A stretch of 64,000 nucleotides of DNA from Felis catus (lineage: Eukaryota): NCBI RefSeq assembly GCF_018350175.1, contig NC_058368.1, forward strand, positions 114,082,001-114,146,000. Reading direction: 5' to 3'. The notes beneath the pieces were generated by a model that did not search any database, was not told where the DNA came from, and worked only from the letters and a program-made list of their open reading frames with translations. Positions 28,677 to 42,655 of this stretch are shown here, one piece after another. The translations under genes were made by a program, and so were the position numbers. Position 1 is the first letter of the stretch. Every line of letters begins with the position of its first letter.

Positions 28677-30576
28677 CACAGAAGTCTCACTTCCGAGAAA
28701 AAAATGTTTTTTTTCAATAAAAAAATAATTTTCCATAAAGATCTACAATCCTGCACAGATCTTCCATCAAAGCCAATGCTAAGATTATTATTAGATTTCT
28801 GAAATCAGTAAAATTGTAATCCAGACCCAAGCAACTGTGAACTACCTCCTGTCTTTTGGATTGAGGGAAAAGGCAGCTTGAATTTCCCTGAAATGCCAAT
28901 ACCAAAATTCTTTACATTCCAGCTAAAAATGCTTTACTTACCATGAGACTTTGGCTTCTGCCCTGCCTTTTTCTCATTTTCATTTAGATTCAATGTATAA
29001 TTATTAGTGGTTAACTCAGGGTCACATATTTTTGGTCCCTTTGTTGGGAGGACACACACAAGCATGCACACTCCCCAAGTATGGTTAGGTGAAAGCCGGG
29101 GCTGCACCAAATAGAGCAGAATAGGGAGACCCTTCCCCATCCCTTCCAGTTGATCCCCTAGCCTCTTTGCACACAGCTGTCATTCCAGTTTATGCCCCTC
29201 CTTGCCAGAGAGCAGGGATCTACCTCAAACAAATCCAGCCTCAAGGGGTGTTTTCTATGGGGACACCAGGACCTGGAAAGCAGACAACGTGGAAGCTGTG
29301 AGTACCTCTGACACCAAGGCTGCTGGTTGGCTGGGTTTTCTCATATCATAGTGATGCTACAGATGAGGAAAACTAAAGTTATTTGGGTGTAGGACAAAGA
29401 ATGCATTCCTGGTGCTTTCAATTTATAGGAAGTAAGCACAGGGGCTTCCCACCTCTACTCTCAGGACCAAATACACTCATTCACTCGCTCACTCACTCAC
29501 TCACACACTTGTCAGTAAACACTTACCTAGTGTCTATTATTAAAGTACTAAAAAAAATGCAGGAGGGGACTGAAAGCTACACTGCAATTTACTATTTCTT
29601 GGGTCCAAACATCTGGAGTTAACGTGCCTACAGGTCCCAGCACTCCTCTTTGGTCAGATGTACCTTCTGAGTGCCAAGCTGGGTACATGGGAGACCAGAG
29701 AAAGAACAGCGCTCTCATTCTCTTCAATGCTACCTGGGCCCCTAACTCTGCCCAGGGGAAGCCAGGCAGAATTTGAAGAAAGATCTGCCCCCACTGCTAC
29801 TGGTGATTTTAGGGCTGGAAATGATATACTGTAGGGAACAAGCAAGACAAACTATACTGATATAGCCAGAGGGAAAGGAAATAAGCTTAGTAGAAAAAAA
29901 GAGAAGAGTAACAAAAGGAGAATAGTGAATAGCTGATATCTACCAGGATGGCAGTGAGATGTTGATTCAGCATTTAGAGCTCAGCCTGGAAGGTGTAGAG
30001 TCAATACCTACCTACCTGTGAGGTACCCCTGGAGGAAGCTAGACTAAAATGTCTATGACATACATTATGCTCCATGCAGGGAAACAGGTGGAAACAGAAT
30101 AAGCATTACTGAATATCTATTTGATCTCTCTTTCCATCCCATAGATACAGTCAAAAACCTAAGTAAACCCAAGGAATGTGTTTCTGAGTACTAGGTATGT
30201 AGTTGATTTTTCTCTTGGACTTCTCTGCCATATTTTCAACTCTTCTTTAATGAGAATACCCTTTTATTGACATATTTAAATAAACTATTTTTTAAAAAAT
30301 AGAACAAACCTCCAGACTTGGAGAGAGGGTCCTGGGTCAGACTAGACCTTGTTGAGTGGACTAAGAAATCCCAGAGCTCCCAGGGCTTAATACCAACTTC
30401 TGCCAAGGTCTCAATCTGTTAGCTTTACTGAATCCAGCAGTTAACAAGGGTATAATAACATCTGCCTACCTTACAGACTTGTTCTGAAGGTCACAAGATA
30501 AAAGTGTGGAAGTGTTTTTTGAGTATCAATTACTTAATCAGTGGGAGATAGTATTACTCCCATTAAAGGCAACTTT

Positions 30577-31227
30577 TTTTTTTAATATATCTGATTTGAT
30601 TCTTTTTTTTCTTTTTTTTTCAATATATGAAATTTATTGTCAAATTGGTTTCCATACAACACCCAGTACTCATCCCAAAAGGTGCCCTCCCAAATACCCA
30701 TCACCCACCCTCCCCTCCCTCCCACCCCCCATCAACCCTAAGTTTGTTCTCAGTTTTTAAGAGGCTCTTATGCTTTGGCTCTCTTCCACTCTAACCTCTT
30801 TTTTTTTTCCTTCCCCTCCCCCATGGGTTTCTGTTAAGTTTCTCAGGATCCACATAAGAGTGAAACCATATGGTATCTGTCTTTCTTTGTATGGCTTATT
30901 TCACTTAGCATCACACTCTCCAGTTCCATCCACGTTGCTACAAAGGGCCATATTTCGTTCTTTCTCATTGCCACGTAGTACTCCATTGTGTATACAGACC
31001 ACAATTTCTTTATCCATTCATCAGTTGATGGACATTTAGGCTCTTTCCACAATTTGGCTATTGTTGAGAGTGCTGCTATAAACATTGGGGTACAAGTGCC
31101 CCTATGCATCAGTACTCCTGTATCCCTTGGGTAAATTCCTAGCAGTGCTATTGCTGGGTCATAGGGTAGGTCTATTTTTAATTATCTGAGGAACCTCCAC
31201 ACTGTTTTCCAGAGTGGCTGCACCAAT
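30577..31227 (-). mobile_element. Young feline L1 3' fragment
   Basis: [31 protein letters not shown] on the minus strand; TSD aaggcaacttt at 30566-30576 and 31228-31238. Confidence 0.95.
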
Positions 31228-31273
31228 AAGGCAACTTTCTACAAAACTAAAAAAGAGTAGGGATAGATATATT

Positions 31274-31439
31274 GGGGCGCCTGGATGACTCAGTCAAGCA
31301 TCTGACTTTGACTCAGGTCATGATTTCACAGTTAGTGAGTTCTAGCCCCGTGTCAGGCTCTGTGCTGACAGCTCACAGTCTAGAGCCTGCTTTGGATTCT
31401 ATGTCTCCCTCTCTCTCTGCCCCTCCCCAACGTGTACTG

Positions 31440-31481
<42 letters not shown>

Positions 31482-31514
31482 AAAAATAAATAAAACATTA
31501 AAAAAAATTTTTTT
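31274..31514 (+). mobile_element. Can-SINE
   Basis: ggggcgcctggatgactcag; TSD gtagggatagatata. Confidence 0.92.
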
Positions 31515-33493
31515 AGGGTAGGGATAGATATAAAGAAGGTAGGGATTTAAATGGATTTCCCCTCCTTTAAGTTCAAAGGAGATTCACAGATTAATTCTGA
31601 CTAGCAAAGCTCTGCTCAGGACATCTGAAGCAAAGCAACAAGAGAAACAGAAATTCAGCAGTAAGAATCTTTACTCCGTGTCAAGTAACTTGTATTGTTG
31701 TGAAATCTGCAGGTCCTAGAACTGAGTTCCTGAGAGATCATCCTACCTTTCCAATTCTGGTAGAATCTGACCTCCTGGGGGAAACCCTGAAACCCAACTG
31801 ATGTGTAAGAGACCTAGCATAGATATATCTGAAACTAGAAGAGATCAAGTGACTTCCCGAGATTGGCCCCAAGTTTGGTTTCAAGTTCTCACCTTGATGT
31901 ATTTAGCTATCTCCTAGAGGAGCTGGAAGAACTAATTAACTGAGCCTGACAAAAAGTAACAGTAAGTGTATCAGGACAATGCTATAAACTTGTGCCGACA
32001 CTAGTCCGTGGCCAAATCTGTTTCTCACTCTGGTTCTTATTTGCACAGTACATTAGGAGAAGAGATGATGTCAACACCAGTCAAGACCAGTTATCTCAAT
32101 ACTCAACCCCTGGCAGAGAATTTGTGCCCTGATTTATTTTTAGTGGTTTTCTACCTTAGTAATCCAGTCAGCTGAAGAAAAGCCAGCAACCTGACTGTTT
32201 TCTGAGCTCACCACCCTTATTTATCCCTTAGCAATCAGCAAGACATTTAGTCATCTGGAGGAGAATCTACTAGGAGTTTGGGGTTCCCATAATTTGCAAA
32301 TTTTCAGAGACCACAGAGAATTACTATCCCAACCCAAGTGGAAGTAGGGGCCTGTTTCATTGGCAGCAATCTTTTACGCAAGGGAGAAAGACAAAGAGAG
32401 GCTGCTAACAAAAATAGGTATGTAGAGTCCATCATTTTTATCAGCAGGGTGGAGAATAGGGTAAAAAACAAGAATTAAGCTTTTCCTTTCATGAAATGTA
32501 GACCTTAATGCTCACATTCTGCTTATTTTAAGCTTCAAATAGGACTGTTGGTAGGAATTCACAACGAATAGAGAGTATCTTTCTTATCGATATGCAGAAA
32601 GTGAAATATCAAAATATTCATCAGTCATTTCCACATTTTTGCATTTGGATTTAACCCCAAATATTTAATTTTATTTCCATCTCATACAGCTTGTGCGGAC
32701 AGATTTATCCAACACCAGCTGTCCTCATATTTAAAAGCTGCACCACAAAGATAAAATTAGCATCAAGTTAGGATCATATTTCTCAGCAAGAATTCTGCTC
32801 TATGTCCCACTGATGCCCTGAGCCACAACTGACAAACCAAATACCAGCATTATTGTTGTTTTTCTTGAACAATTCCTTAGCAGCCACGGTGTGGTAGAAA
32901 CTGCAAGTATCACCAAAAAAAAAAGAAAAGAAAAAAAAGGCATATACCCTAAACATACAGAATTATACCCATGGGTACGAACTTATTTCCAAGATTATTT
33001 CTCACCAAAATGGGTGGAAAGTATGTACTGTTTTGACAGAGTAGGGAGTAAGCGAAGTCAACGATCACAACTCCAACACTACCATCCTTTTATTCTGGAA
33101 CTTCCCTCTATAGGAATTTTCCAAACTTGCATGAGGCTCAAATTAGGCTTAAGTCTGGATAAGGTGCAACTGTACATTAAATCAAACAGTAAAGACCAAA
33201 TGTCATCATCTCAGTGTTAGATATTTACTATGACAATATATTTGATAAAAAAATAATAAGGGAGAATAATCTCAAGATTCTAAAAAATTATCTGTTAAAC
33301 ATTCACATTGACTGAAATCTAATTGTAAAAGTCTAATTGTAAAAGCAATGTAAAAATACATTGCTAATATTCTATGGTCAGATTGGAAGACTGTATTTCT
33401 CAACAGGCATTTTACAAGAGGAAAAAGCAAAAGTGATCAAAAAACACACAAAACATGTACCAGTTCATTTATGATTAAAGAAATACAAGTCTA

Positions 33494-33660
33494 GGGACAC
33501 CTGGGTTGCTCAGTTGGTTAAGCATCTGACTTGAGCTCAGGTCGTGATCTCATAGTTCATGAGTTCAAGCTCCGCATCAGGCTCTGCACTGACAGTGTAA
33601 AGCCTGCTTCGGATTCTTTCTCCCTCTCTCTCTGCCCCTTCCTCTCTCTCTCTCTCTCTG

Positions 33661-33698
<38 letters not shown>

Positions 33699-33723
33699 AA
33701 TAAATAAACAAACAAAAATAAAT
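33494..33723 (+). mobile_element. Can-SINE
   Basis: TSD aaatacaagtcta; CT/CTGT tract. Confidence 0.92.
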
Positions 33724-33937
33724 AAATACAAGTCTATGAAACAATGAAATACCACATATGAGGATTATAAGGAAGTTATTCTCAAGTAACTATTAAGGAT
33801 ATACTATTTCACACAGGACAATGAGGCATAACTATTAAAATGTGAAATGTATGTGCTTTATTCCCTCTTGTAAGTCCACTACTACAGATATACCTAGAAA
33901 AGTATGCAAAGGTGTGTTTATAAAGATGCTCACTTAA

Positions 33938-34048
33938 GGGGTGCCTGATTGGCTTTTTTGGAAAAGCATGTGACTCCCGATCTCAAGGTCGTGAGTTCAA
34001 ACCCCACAATGGGTGTGGAGTCTACTTAAAATAAAAATTAAAAAAAAA
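33938..34048 (+). mobile_element. Short Can-SINE
   Basis: TSD aaagatgctcacttaag on both sides. Confidence 0.85.
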
Positions 34049-34859
34049 AAAGATGCTCACTTAAGTATGGTTTTAACAACTCCAATATTCTTCAACAGTG
34101 AATTGATAAATATTATAAATCACATAAAAAATTCTATGTAGGAATTTAAACAATAGATTTTTATGTGCTGCTATCAAATGATAACCCAAATATATTAAGT
34201 AGAAAAGCAAGGTATAATATATATAGTATGACTGCATTTATGAAATAATAAAATTATACACAAAACTGTATATGTGTATAATTATATACCTGGAAGGATA
34301 CTAAGAAACTTAGTAATAGAAATTGGAGACTGGAAAGGGTCAACTTCTACTTTTCACTTTATACTTTCTGTATGCTCTAAATTTTTAGAATTTTTGCCTT
34401 AAACATCTGCTACTTTTATTTTTAAAAATGTTCTGGCAAAAAAATCCTTTGGCATTCATAGGTTTGTTTCAATTTTCTGGAAAATTCATTTGCATGAAAC
34501 ATCCCAAGTCCTTAAAAATTCTTTATGAATCAAAAGAATTAAATTATACTCAGAGTAGTTTGTAGTGTTGCCTATATTTTATTGTATTCTGGTTCTCTGA
34601 AAATTCCTGAAATTTGGTAGAATTGGCCAGAATTCCACTCATTTACTATGACAGATAACAAAAAGGATACCGTTTTCATACATCACTGTTATTTTTAAAA
34701 GGGAATTGACCTTCCAGAATATACTTCTTCATATCATGTTGTCATTTCAATGATTTAAAAATATTTAATGTTATATGATCTAATGTCAGGAGAGTATTAG
34801 GTCTGACAATACTCTAAGAATATTAAATTCCTTCAAGACATTCATAAAAAGGACCTCTG

Positions 34860-35895
34860 TGGCAACCATCAGTTTGTTCTCTGTATTTATAGGTTTGATT
34901 CCACTTTTTATTTATTTATTTATTTTTGATTCATTTATGAGTGGAATCATTTGTCTTTCTCGGCCTGACTTCCCTCATTTAGCATAGTACCCTCTAGGTC
35001 CATCCATGTTGTCTCAAATTGCACAATCTCATCCTTTTTTATAGGTGTGGAATATTCATTCCACTGTGTGTGATACATATATACTGCATTTTCCTTACCT
35101 ATTCATCTACTGATACATATTTAGGTTGCTTCCATGTCTTAGCTATTATAAATAATGCTGCAATAAACATTGGGGTACATATATCTCTTCTAGTTAGTGT
35201 TTTCACTTTCTCTGGGTAAATATCCAGTAGCAGAATCATTGAATCATATGGTATTTCCATTTTTAATTTTTTGAGGAACCTCCACAATGTTTTCCATAGT
35301 GGCTACACTAATTTATATTCCCACCAAGAGTGCACAAGGCTTCCTTTTTCTCCACATCTTTGCCAACATTTGTTGTTTCTTGTATTTTGGATTTGAGCCA
35401 TTCTAAGAGGTACGAGGTTATGGTTGCCAAAGGTAAGGGAGGCAAGGGACTCGGCAATGGGTGAAGGAAGAAGGGAGATATAGGCCTCGAGTTACGGAAT
35501 GAGTAAATCACAGGAATAAAAGGCAGAGTAAAAGGAATACAGTCAATGATACTGTTTTTTGTTTGTTTTTGTTTTGAGAGAGAGCAAGAGAGGGGGAGGC
35601 ACAAAGGAAGTGGGAGAGACAGAATCTTAAGCAGGCTTCACGCCCAGTGTGGAGCACCACACAGTACTCGATCTCAGGACCATGAGATCGTGACCTGAGC
35701 CAAAAGTGACAGTTGGATGCTTAACCAACTGAGGCACCAGGCCCCCCTACAGTCAATGATACTGTAAAACTGATATAATGGGACAGATGGTAGCTACACT
35801 TGCAGTGAACATAACATAATGTATAAACTTGTCAAATCATTAAGTTGTACATCTGACACTTGTGTAACGTTGTATGTCAACTATACTTAAATAAA
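34860..35895 (+). mobile_element. Old carnivore L1 3' end with 5' inversion (34860-35418 inverted, 35420-35895 sense)
   Basis: [14 protein letters not shown] on the minus strand, then 3'UTR on the plus strand; TSD core gacctctg at 34852-34859 and 35897-35904. Confidence 0.85.
35556..35747 (-). mobile_element. Can-SINE nested in L1 3'UTR
   Basis: 18-bp TSD tacagtcaatgatactgt at 35538-35555 and 35748-35765. Confidence 0.92.
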
Positions 35896-37194
35896 TGACC
35901 TCTGACCCCAGGTGCAAGAATCCAAGGACATAACACTGAGCAAACGGCAAGCAAGTATGTTCTTCTGATGTGGGAAAGTACTCTGTAAATTACTAAGCAG
36001 AAGAGAAACTTAGATTAGCAGTATATTAGTGTATTTGTTGGGGCTATTACCTTACCTGATTTTACACATCTCAGGCTGGACACAGGAAAACTATTCAGTT
36101 TATCTGCATTTTGACATACTGCACAGAAAAGCCTTCCACAGATGCAGGCTGAGATGGCAACTTTAATTTCCTTCTCTTCCTTTCGGCAGACCCTTTAGAT
36201 ATGATAGATTCTCCATGATGTTACTTTGCAGTATCATAAAGGTGTGCATGTGTTTTTTTTTAAAGGGATCTAAGGTGCCTAACACATATAATAATTTATA
36301 TTATAAATTATAGATTAACATGCCTGACCCTTCTTTATTTCCTTATTTATAGGAAATAATAAAATGAATCTTGTGAACCCCTTATTCAACCCAAGAACGG
36401 GAACAATACCAATAACCGACATTATCTATGTGCTTCTCCCCTAAAGCTAACCCCCACCCTCCTTCCCTCAATTGTAACCAACAATCCTTTGTGTATACTA
36501 TTTTAAATACCTTATGGTAAAATGTGAGAATTAAACAAGATGAATTCCTACCTTCATCTATGAATATTACAATGATTTTGATGAAGGGCATTAGACCCTT
36601 TGGGAAATACACAGATACCTGAGATAGCAAAGCAAGCAACATACCTGACACTCAATACATTCTGGTTGAATTGGATCTATCAAAAAAAATTTACCAAGTG
36701 CATAGTTTATGACTGCATCCTTAAATAAACAAGGGATTGGTGGTGATCTCTCAGAATTTGGGCAGACTAAAGAGATTTATGAACCAAACAACTCCCCAGC
36801 ACCCCACCCAGGGCCACTCTGTCAAACAGGTAGCTTCCTGGTTGCCAGCCCTCTCCTCTCTCTCCTTTCTGCAACTTTTTCTCAACTGGCATTAAGGGCC
36901 AGAAGTTGAGTCTCTGATACTTGATAGTTAATATGAAACTTCCATCCGCTCTGTCCTATACATGATGACAAATAAATCTCCCTTAAGTGCAGGCCCTGTC
37001 ATGTTATTCTATACTGGTACAGAAACCCACAATGATTCCTCAAGAGATATATCTCCTAAATCCCTACCCTGGTACTCAAAGCCCTTTGAGATCTGATCCT
37101 AACCAATCTTTCCAACCTTCTCTATCCTGTTAAACTGACCTACTTGTTATTCCCTATGCATGCCTCCCATTTTAACCAATGTTAAGATTCTGCT

Positions 37195-37360
37195 CATACT
37201 GTTGATCAAAGTGTAGTCTGTAGACCAGCAGCATCAGTTTTATCTGGGAGCTTGTGAGAAATGAAGGATCTCAGGCCCCAACCCAGACCTACTAAATCAG
37301 AATCTGCATTTTAATAAGATTCTCAGGTGATGCAAATGCATGTTAAATGAGAACAACTGT
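37195..37360. mobile_element. MER5A-like hAT-Charlie DNA transposon relic
   Basis: caaagtgtagtc...gaccagcagcatcag...ctcaggccccaacccagacctactaaatcagaatctgcattttaataagattctcaggtgat. Confidence 0.78.
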
Positions 37361-38584
37361 AAAACTATCAAATGTTCTTCCATGGTGCTTGAAATTGTTA
37401 TTATCTCCCTGCAGAACACATCAGCACCTAGAAAGCAAAGCGCTATCCAAATTATGTACCTAAAATATGCTGTTCAGCCCTCATAAATTAAGGAATGCAC
37501 TAAGTGAATACTCAACAAAGTTCTACAGATTGACTAATTTGGTTTCAGTAATGCAGCTAAAAAGATAACTAAAATCACCATCCTTCACTCTATGGTCTGA
37601 CAAATCAGAATAAACACAGACATCATACAATACACACACAGTCTTTTAGGGATAGAATTCTCAACAGGAAATAAAACTGTAAAAGAAAGTGATGCTAAAG
37701 CCTGACATAAACATCCAAACTGTTTTTGGGTCAACTAGACAATTGCTCTAAGTTCCTTTAAACTAGAACTGAGGACCCACACTTACTTGATGGGCTCTAA
37801 GGTCATTTTGGACTCTAATATTTAAAGAGTCTATGATTCTAGGGAATATCACTTCTGCACTGTCCCAGAAGTGACTGGACAAATCAGGGAGAGCCCTGAG
37901 ATTAAGTCTGAAGCTGCAAAGCCTGACTTCCTCTCTTAGTTCTCTCTAAACCCCAGCTTCTCCGTACCCTCCCTGAAAAGCTCCTGCTCTGCACATGTGT
38001 CTGCTATTATGACCCATGCCCCACCCCACCCCCATCTCCTGGCACTTCAAACTCCCCTTGCCTCCATGAGCTGTCACTGTCACACTTCTCTCCCCTAGTC
38101 TGAACTTAGCTTCTCAGTCTTTCACACAGTTCAACACTGCCAAGGTGACAATGAGCTAAATTAATCTGTGCTAAAAGAAGAAAGTTAGGAGAGAAATATG
38201 TCCTGCTAACCTGTCCTAATCAGCAAGAGTCTCCTTCCTGTGTGTAAATCTTTAAGAACTTTCTGGAGAGAAGTGAGGTGAGGTATCATTAAATCATACT
38301 CTGTAGTGAAGGGGCAGGACAAAGGGAGAATCTGCCCTTTGGACCTCTTAAATATTTTTATTCACTGAACACAGTTTCAATTTTATCTCTGCCAAGGGCC
38401 TCTGATATGGGTCTTTGGGTCTTTGACCCAAAGCTATTTCACATCTCAAAAATGGAATCATTACAGTTACCACACATCTCTCCCACATTTTGCAAATAGC
38501 TTTTTGCACACTGTCCAGTTCAATTTATATCAACACATATTTTCTTACACACCTAAGCAATAAACAATACTGTCAGAGTTAAGT

Positions 38585-38798
38585 TTTTTTTTTTTTTTTC
38601 AACGTTTATTGTTGGGACAGAGAGAGACAGAGCATGAACGGGGGAGGGGCAGAGAGAGAGGGAGACACAGAATCGGAAACAGGCTCCAGGCTCTGAGCCA
38701 TCAGCCCAGAGCCCGACGCGGGGCTCGAACTCACAGACCGCGAGATCATGACCTGGCTGAAGTCGGACGCTTAACCGACTGCGCCACCCAGGCGCCCC
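38585..38798 (-). mobile_element. Young SINEC_Fc (CpG-rich)
   Basis: gactgcgccacccaggcgcccc; TSD tgtcagagttaagttttt. Confidence 0.96.
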
Positions 38799-38989
38799 TG
38801 TCAGAGTTAAGTTTTTAACCCAGTGTCCTGTGTATGAGATTATTCGTGGACAATTCTGCTCATCCTTATAAGGTCCCTCCTGAACCCAAAGGCTAGTTAC
38901 AAAGTTGAACTTCAGGCTTTCCCTCAGAACCTAGGTACCCTTTCCTCTGATTTCCCAAGAAATATACAGGTCAGGGAAGTATATTTCTC

Positions 38990-39210
38990 ATAATAGAGGT
39001 TAAGAGCTCTCTGAACTAGAGATGGACTATGTGGATTTTATTGCTGGCTTCACCACTCACTAGCTATGTGACTTTGGGCAATCTGTATAACCTGTATAAG
39101 CTTATTCTTCCTCACTTATAAAATGAGAATAATAGTAATTGTACATCTTGGGGTCTGTGAAGAACGAATAATGAAAAGCATATAAAGTGTTTAATACAGT
39201 GCCTGGGTAT
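38990..39210 (+). mobile_element. MIR
   Basis: ggttaagagc...caccactcactagctatgtgactttgggcaa...taaaatgagaataatagta. Confidence 0.72.
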
Positions 39211-39761
39211 TAATCTTATTTTATAATTGTTAAAAATCATAACTCAGAATGGATTGTACATGGTCTTTTTTTTTTTTTTAATTTGCAAAGCCTGCTTAAT
39301 GCTACAGATTCCTCTCTCTGGAACTCTTCTAGTTACACATAGCTCTAGCACATGTCGCTGTCCATGTGGTGAGTAACCTGACTCCCATCTAAGGACAGTA
39401 TGTGGTCTTAGCTGTCCTGTGCACACAGTATTCCTCTTGGCAATAACTCTATGTGTGTGTAGGGCAAACAGAAATGGAAAGGCCTCTTTTAAAAGTCAGG
39501 CATGATTTTATAACATAAAAACTTACATACTCAAGGAGTGGCATCGAAAAGGACAAATATCCTCTATGTTAGGTGAAATATAAAAGGAAATAAAAGTTTT
39601 AAGGTTAAATATTAGTCTCTTCTGAATTTAGCAGGATGGGAAAGACATTAGGAGGAATCTAATCTCCCCCACCTCCAAGATGACTTCCCAACTGGCTTAT
39701 CTACTTCAGAGTGCAACCACCAGAGAGGGTAACATTTGGGCTAAAGTAATGGCTCTTACTG

Positions 39762-39987
39762 TTTTTTATTGTTATTTTATTTTATTTTATTTTAATTATT
39801 TTTTTTAATATATGAAATTTATTGTCAAATTGGTTTCCATACAACACCCAGTGCTCATCCCAAAAGATGCCCTCTTCAATGCCCATCACCTACCCTCCCC
39901 TCCCTCCCACCCCCCATCAACCCTCAGTTTGTTCTCAGCATAAGAGTCTCTTGTGCTTTGGCTCTCTCCCACTCTAAACTCTTTTTT
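39762..39987 (-). mobile_element. Young feline L1 3'UTR stub
   Basis: aatatatgaaatttattgtcaaattggtttccatacaacacccagtgctcatcc, matching the other young L1 3' ends in this window. Confidence 0.92.
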
Positions 39988-40686
39988 AAAAACAAGAGAA
40001 AGGCTGGAGAAATTGGTATCTTTGTGTGCCCCATTCTATCAGAGTATTAATATATATATAAAACAGGTAAGTTTTGATGTGGGCTTGAGGAAGTGATAGC
40101 TTTGGAGGGCCCAATCTAAAGGAAGAAAACTCTACGGGAAAGGGTTCTGGAGAGTCAGTGATGACAGAGGTGGAGAGAGCTTACAAAATATAAACTTTCA
40201 TCAATTTGGTAGGTCTGCCAAAAGTTGGATTGAAGGTGGTTGACTGCTTCCAAGACAGTTAACTCTAAGCAAGTCTTCTCCTGACATCCCTCATCAGCAC
40301 AGTCACTGCCAGTGCTGGAGAATGAGACCAGAAGATAATGCAGATTATTCTCCTAGAGTCTAGGCCTCTGCCACCACGGCTCCTTTGCCCCAGGGCTGGT
40401 TCAGTTTCAATATTTTATGCTCAAGTAATAAAAAAGAATCTATCAAACCCAACCATGAGCTAAATTCAAAAACTCTAACAATACTAAGTAAAAAGTAGCT
40501 TGCCACATAATTCAAACCAAACATCTGTTTGTCTTAGTATTTGAGTCATAAGACCAGAATTTTTTATAACAAGAATTCTATACATTGGGTTTTTGACAAC
40601 TAGTTCCCATACTGCCATAACTGAGGGTCCAAGAAATCACAACAAAACAAACTGAGAGAAGTTTCCCTTCAAAAGACAAAGAATAG

Positions 40687-40955
40687 TGGCACCTGGGTGG
40701 CTCAGATGACTAAGCATCCAACTTCTCATTTTGGCTCAGGTCATGATCTCACAGTCTTGAAATCAAGCTTTGAGTTGGGCTCCTTGCACTGGGCATGGAG
40801 CCTGCTTAAGATTCTCTCACTCTTCCTCTGCCCCTCCCCCTGCTCATGCTCACGCATGCTCTCTCTCTGCCACCCTCTCTCTCAAAAAAAAAAAAAAAAG
40901 AGCGAGAGAGAAAGAAAGAAAGAAAGAAAATTAATTAATTAATTAATTAATTAAT
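40687..40955 (+). mobile_element. Can-SINE with (GAAA)n/(TTAA)n tail
   Basis: ggcacctgggtggctcagatgactaagcatcc. Confidence 0.88.
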
Positions 40956-40957
40956 TA

Positions 40958-41262
40958 TTGCAACACTTGCTCTTAGAGCCCTATGCCAGGTGAGAAATTC
41001 AAGAGAAATTCAACTACCCTGGGGCCACCATCATGTGAAAAATCCAAGCCACAGGAAGAGGCCCTGGAGGAAGAGATTCCATGTGAAGAGAAAAAAAGAA
41101 AGACAAACACAAAGACAGACACTAAGCAGCACCAAGGTGCCAGACATGTTAGTAAGGAAAATATCCTGGAAAAATGCACTTTCTAGGCCCAGCTGCCCCA
41201 ACTGACAACATGTGGATCAGAAATGAACTACTCAGCTAATGCTTCTCCAATTCCTGACCTAA
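40958..41262 (+). mobile_element. MaLR (MLT1-like) LTR fragment
   Basis: actaccctggggccaccatcatgtga...aagccacaggaagaggccctgg...ccagacatg...aattcctgacc. Confidence 0.6.
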
Positions 41263-41562
41263 AACAAGTCACAAAAGCAAAGACCATACACCTCAAAAGA
41301 GCCCCTTAGTCAGCAAGAGTTTCAAGGTACGTCACAGTTTTTTCCAAGCCCACTCAGATCTCAGCACCAGAGAGAGGAAGTAGTGACATTCCTACTCATG
41401 ACCAGGCGTCATGTTGGAGAAGCATTCTGAGAAAGGCCATGCACAATGTGGACCCTGATAATAGGAAAACCAGAACAGTAAAGGTTGAGACACATAGAGA
41501 GCAAAATAGAACTCTGTATGCTACTTAGAATCTAGTAGTTATCTTTTAAAACAGTTTTGTAG

Positions 41563-41800
41563 AGGGCCACCTGGGTGGCTCAGTCAGTTAAGCCTTCGAC
41601 TTCGGCTCAGGTCATGATCTCATGGTTCATGAATTGGAGCCCCGTGTCAGGCTCTGTGCTGACAGCTTGGAGCCTGGAGCCTGGAGCCTGTTTCAGATTC
41701 TGTTGTCTCCTCCTCTCTCTGCACTTCCCCCACTTGCACTCTGTCTCTATCTCTCAAAAATAAATAAACCGTAAAAATAATAATGATAAAAAAATTTTAA
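41563..41800 (+). mobile_element. Can-SINE
   Basis: Head plus reiterated ggagcct units. Confidence 0.9.
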
Positions 41801-41819
41801 ATAAAATAGCTTTGTAGAA

Positions 41820-41846
41820 AGACGAATGCATAAAAAAGATGTAGTG

Positions 41847-41888
<42 letters not shown>

Positions 41889-42385
41889 GGAATATTGCAC
41901 AGCCATAAAAAAGGGTGGGATCTTGCCATTTGCAACAACAGATAAACCTAGAGGGTATTTTGCTGAGTGAAATAAATCAAACTGAGAACAACAAATACCA
42001 TATGATTTCACTCATATGTGTAATCTAAAAAACAAAACAAATGAATACAAACAAACAAAAAGCAGAATCAGACCTAAAAATACAGAGAACTGGAAGCTGC
42101 CAGAGAGAAGGGGGTGGGTGAGGACATGCGCAAAATGGATGCAGGGGAGTGGGAGATATGGGCTTTCAGTAATATATTAAATAAGTCATAGGAATAAAAG
42201 GCACATCATAAGAAATAGAGCAATGATATTGTAAAAGCATCACATGGTGACAAACGGCAGCTATACTTGTGAAGAGAATAGTATAACATAAAAAGATGTT
42301 AAATAGATGAATCACTATGTTGTACACCTGAAACAACATAACTTGTGTCAACTATACTCAAATAAAAAATTAACAAAAAAAAACT
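41820..42385 (+). mobile_element. Old carnivore L1 3' end containing a (CA)n at ~41850-41885
   Basis: caatggaatattgcacagccataaaaaag...gatttcactcatatgtg...gttgtacacctgaaac; same 3'UTR type as 35420-35895. Confidence 0.85.
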
Positions 42386-42655
42386 AAAGAGCTGCACAGA
42401 CTTAGTAGTTTTACATCAAAACACTATTTAGTTACTGCAGAAAACCATAAGAACTAGGTAAGTGAATATTTTATACTAACACGGAGAGACATGACTGCTA
42501 ATCTCCTTAGTATAGATCTATTTGGCACTGTGTAAAACCAAGAATTTTGACAAACTTTAGGGAAGAGCAAAACATTAAGTATGATCAGGTAAAATCTCTA
42601 GTTGTCTAGAAAACAACAGCCCATGCTTCACATTAGTTTAAAAATAAAAACAGGT

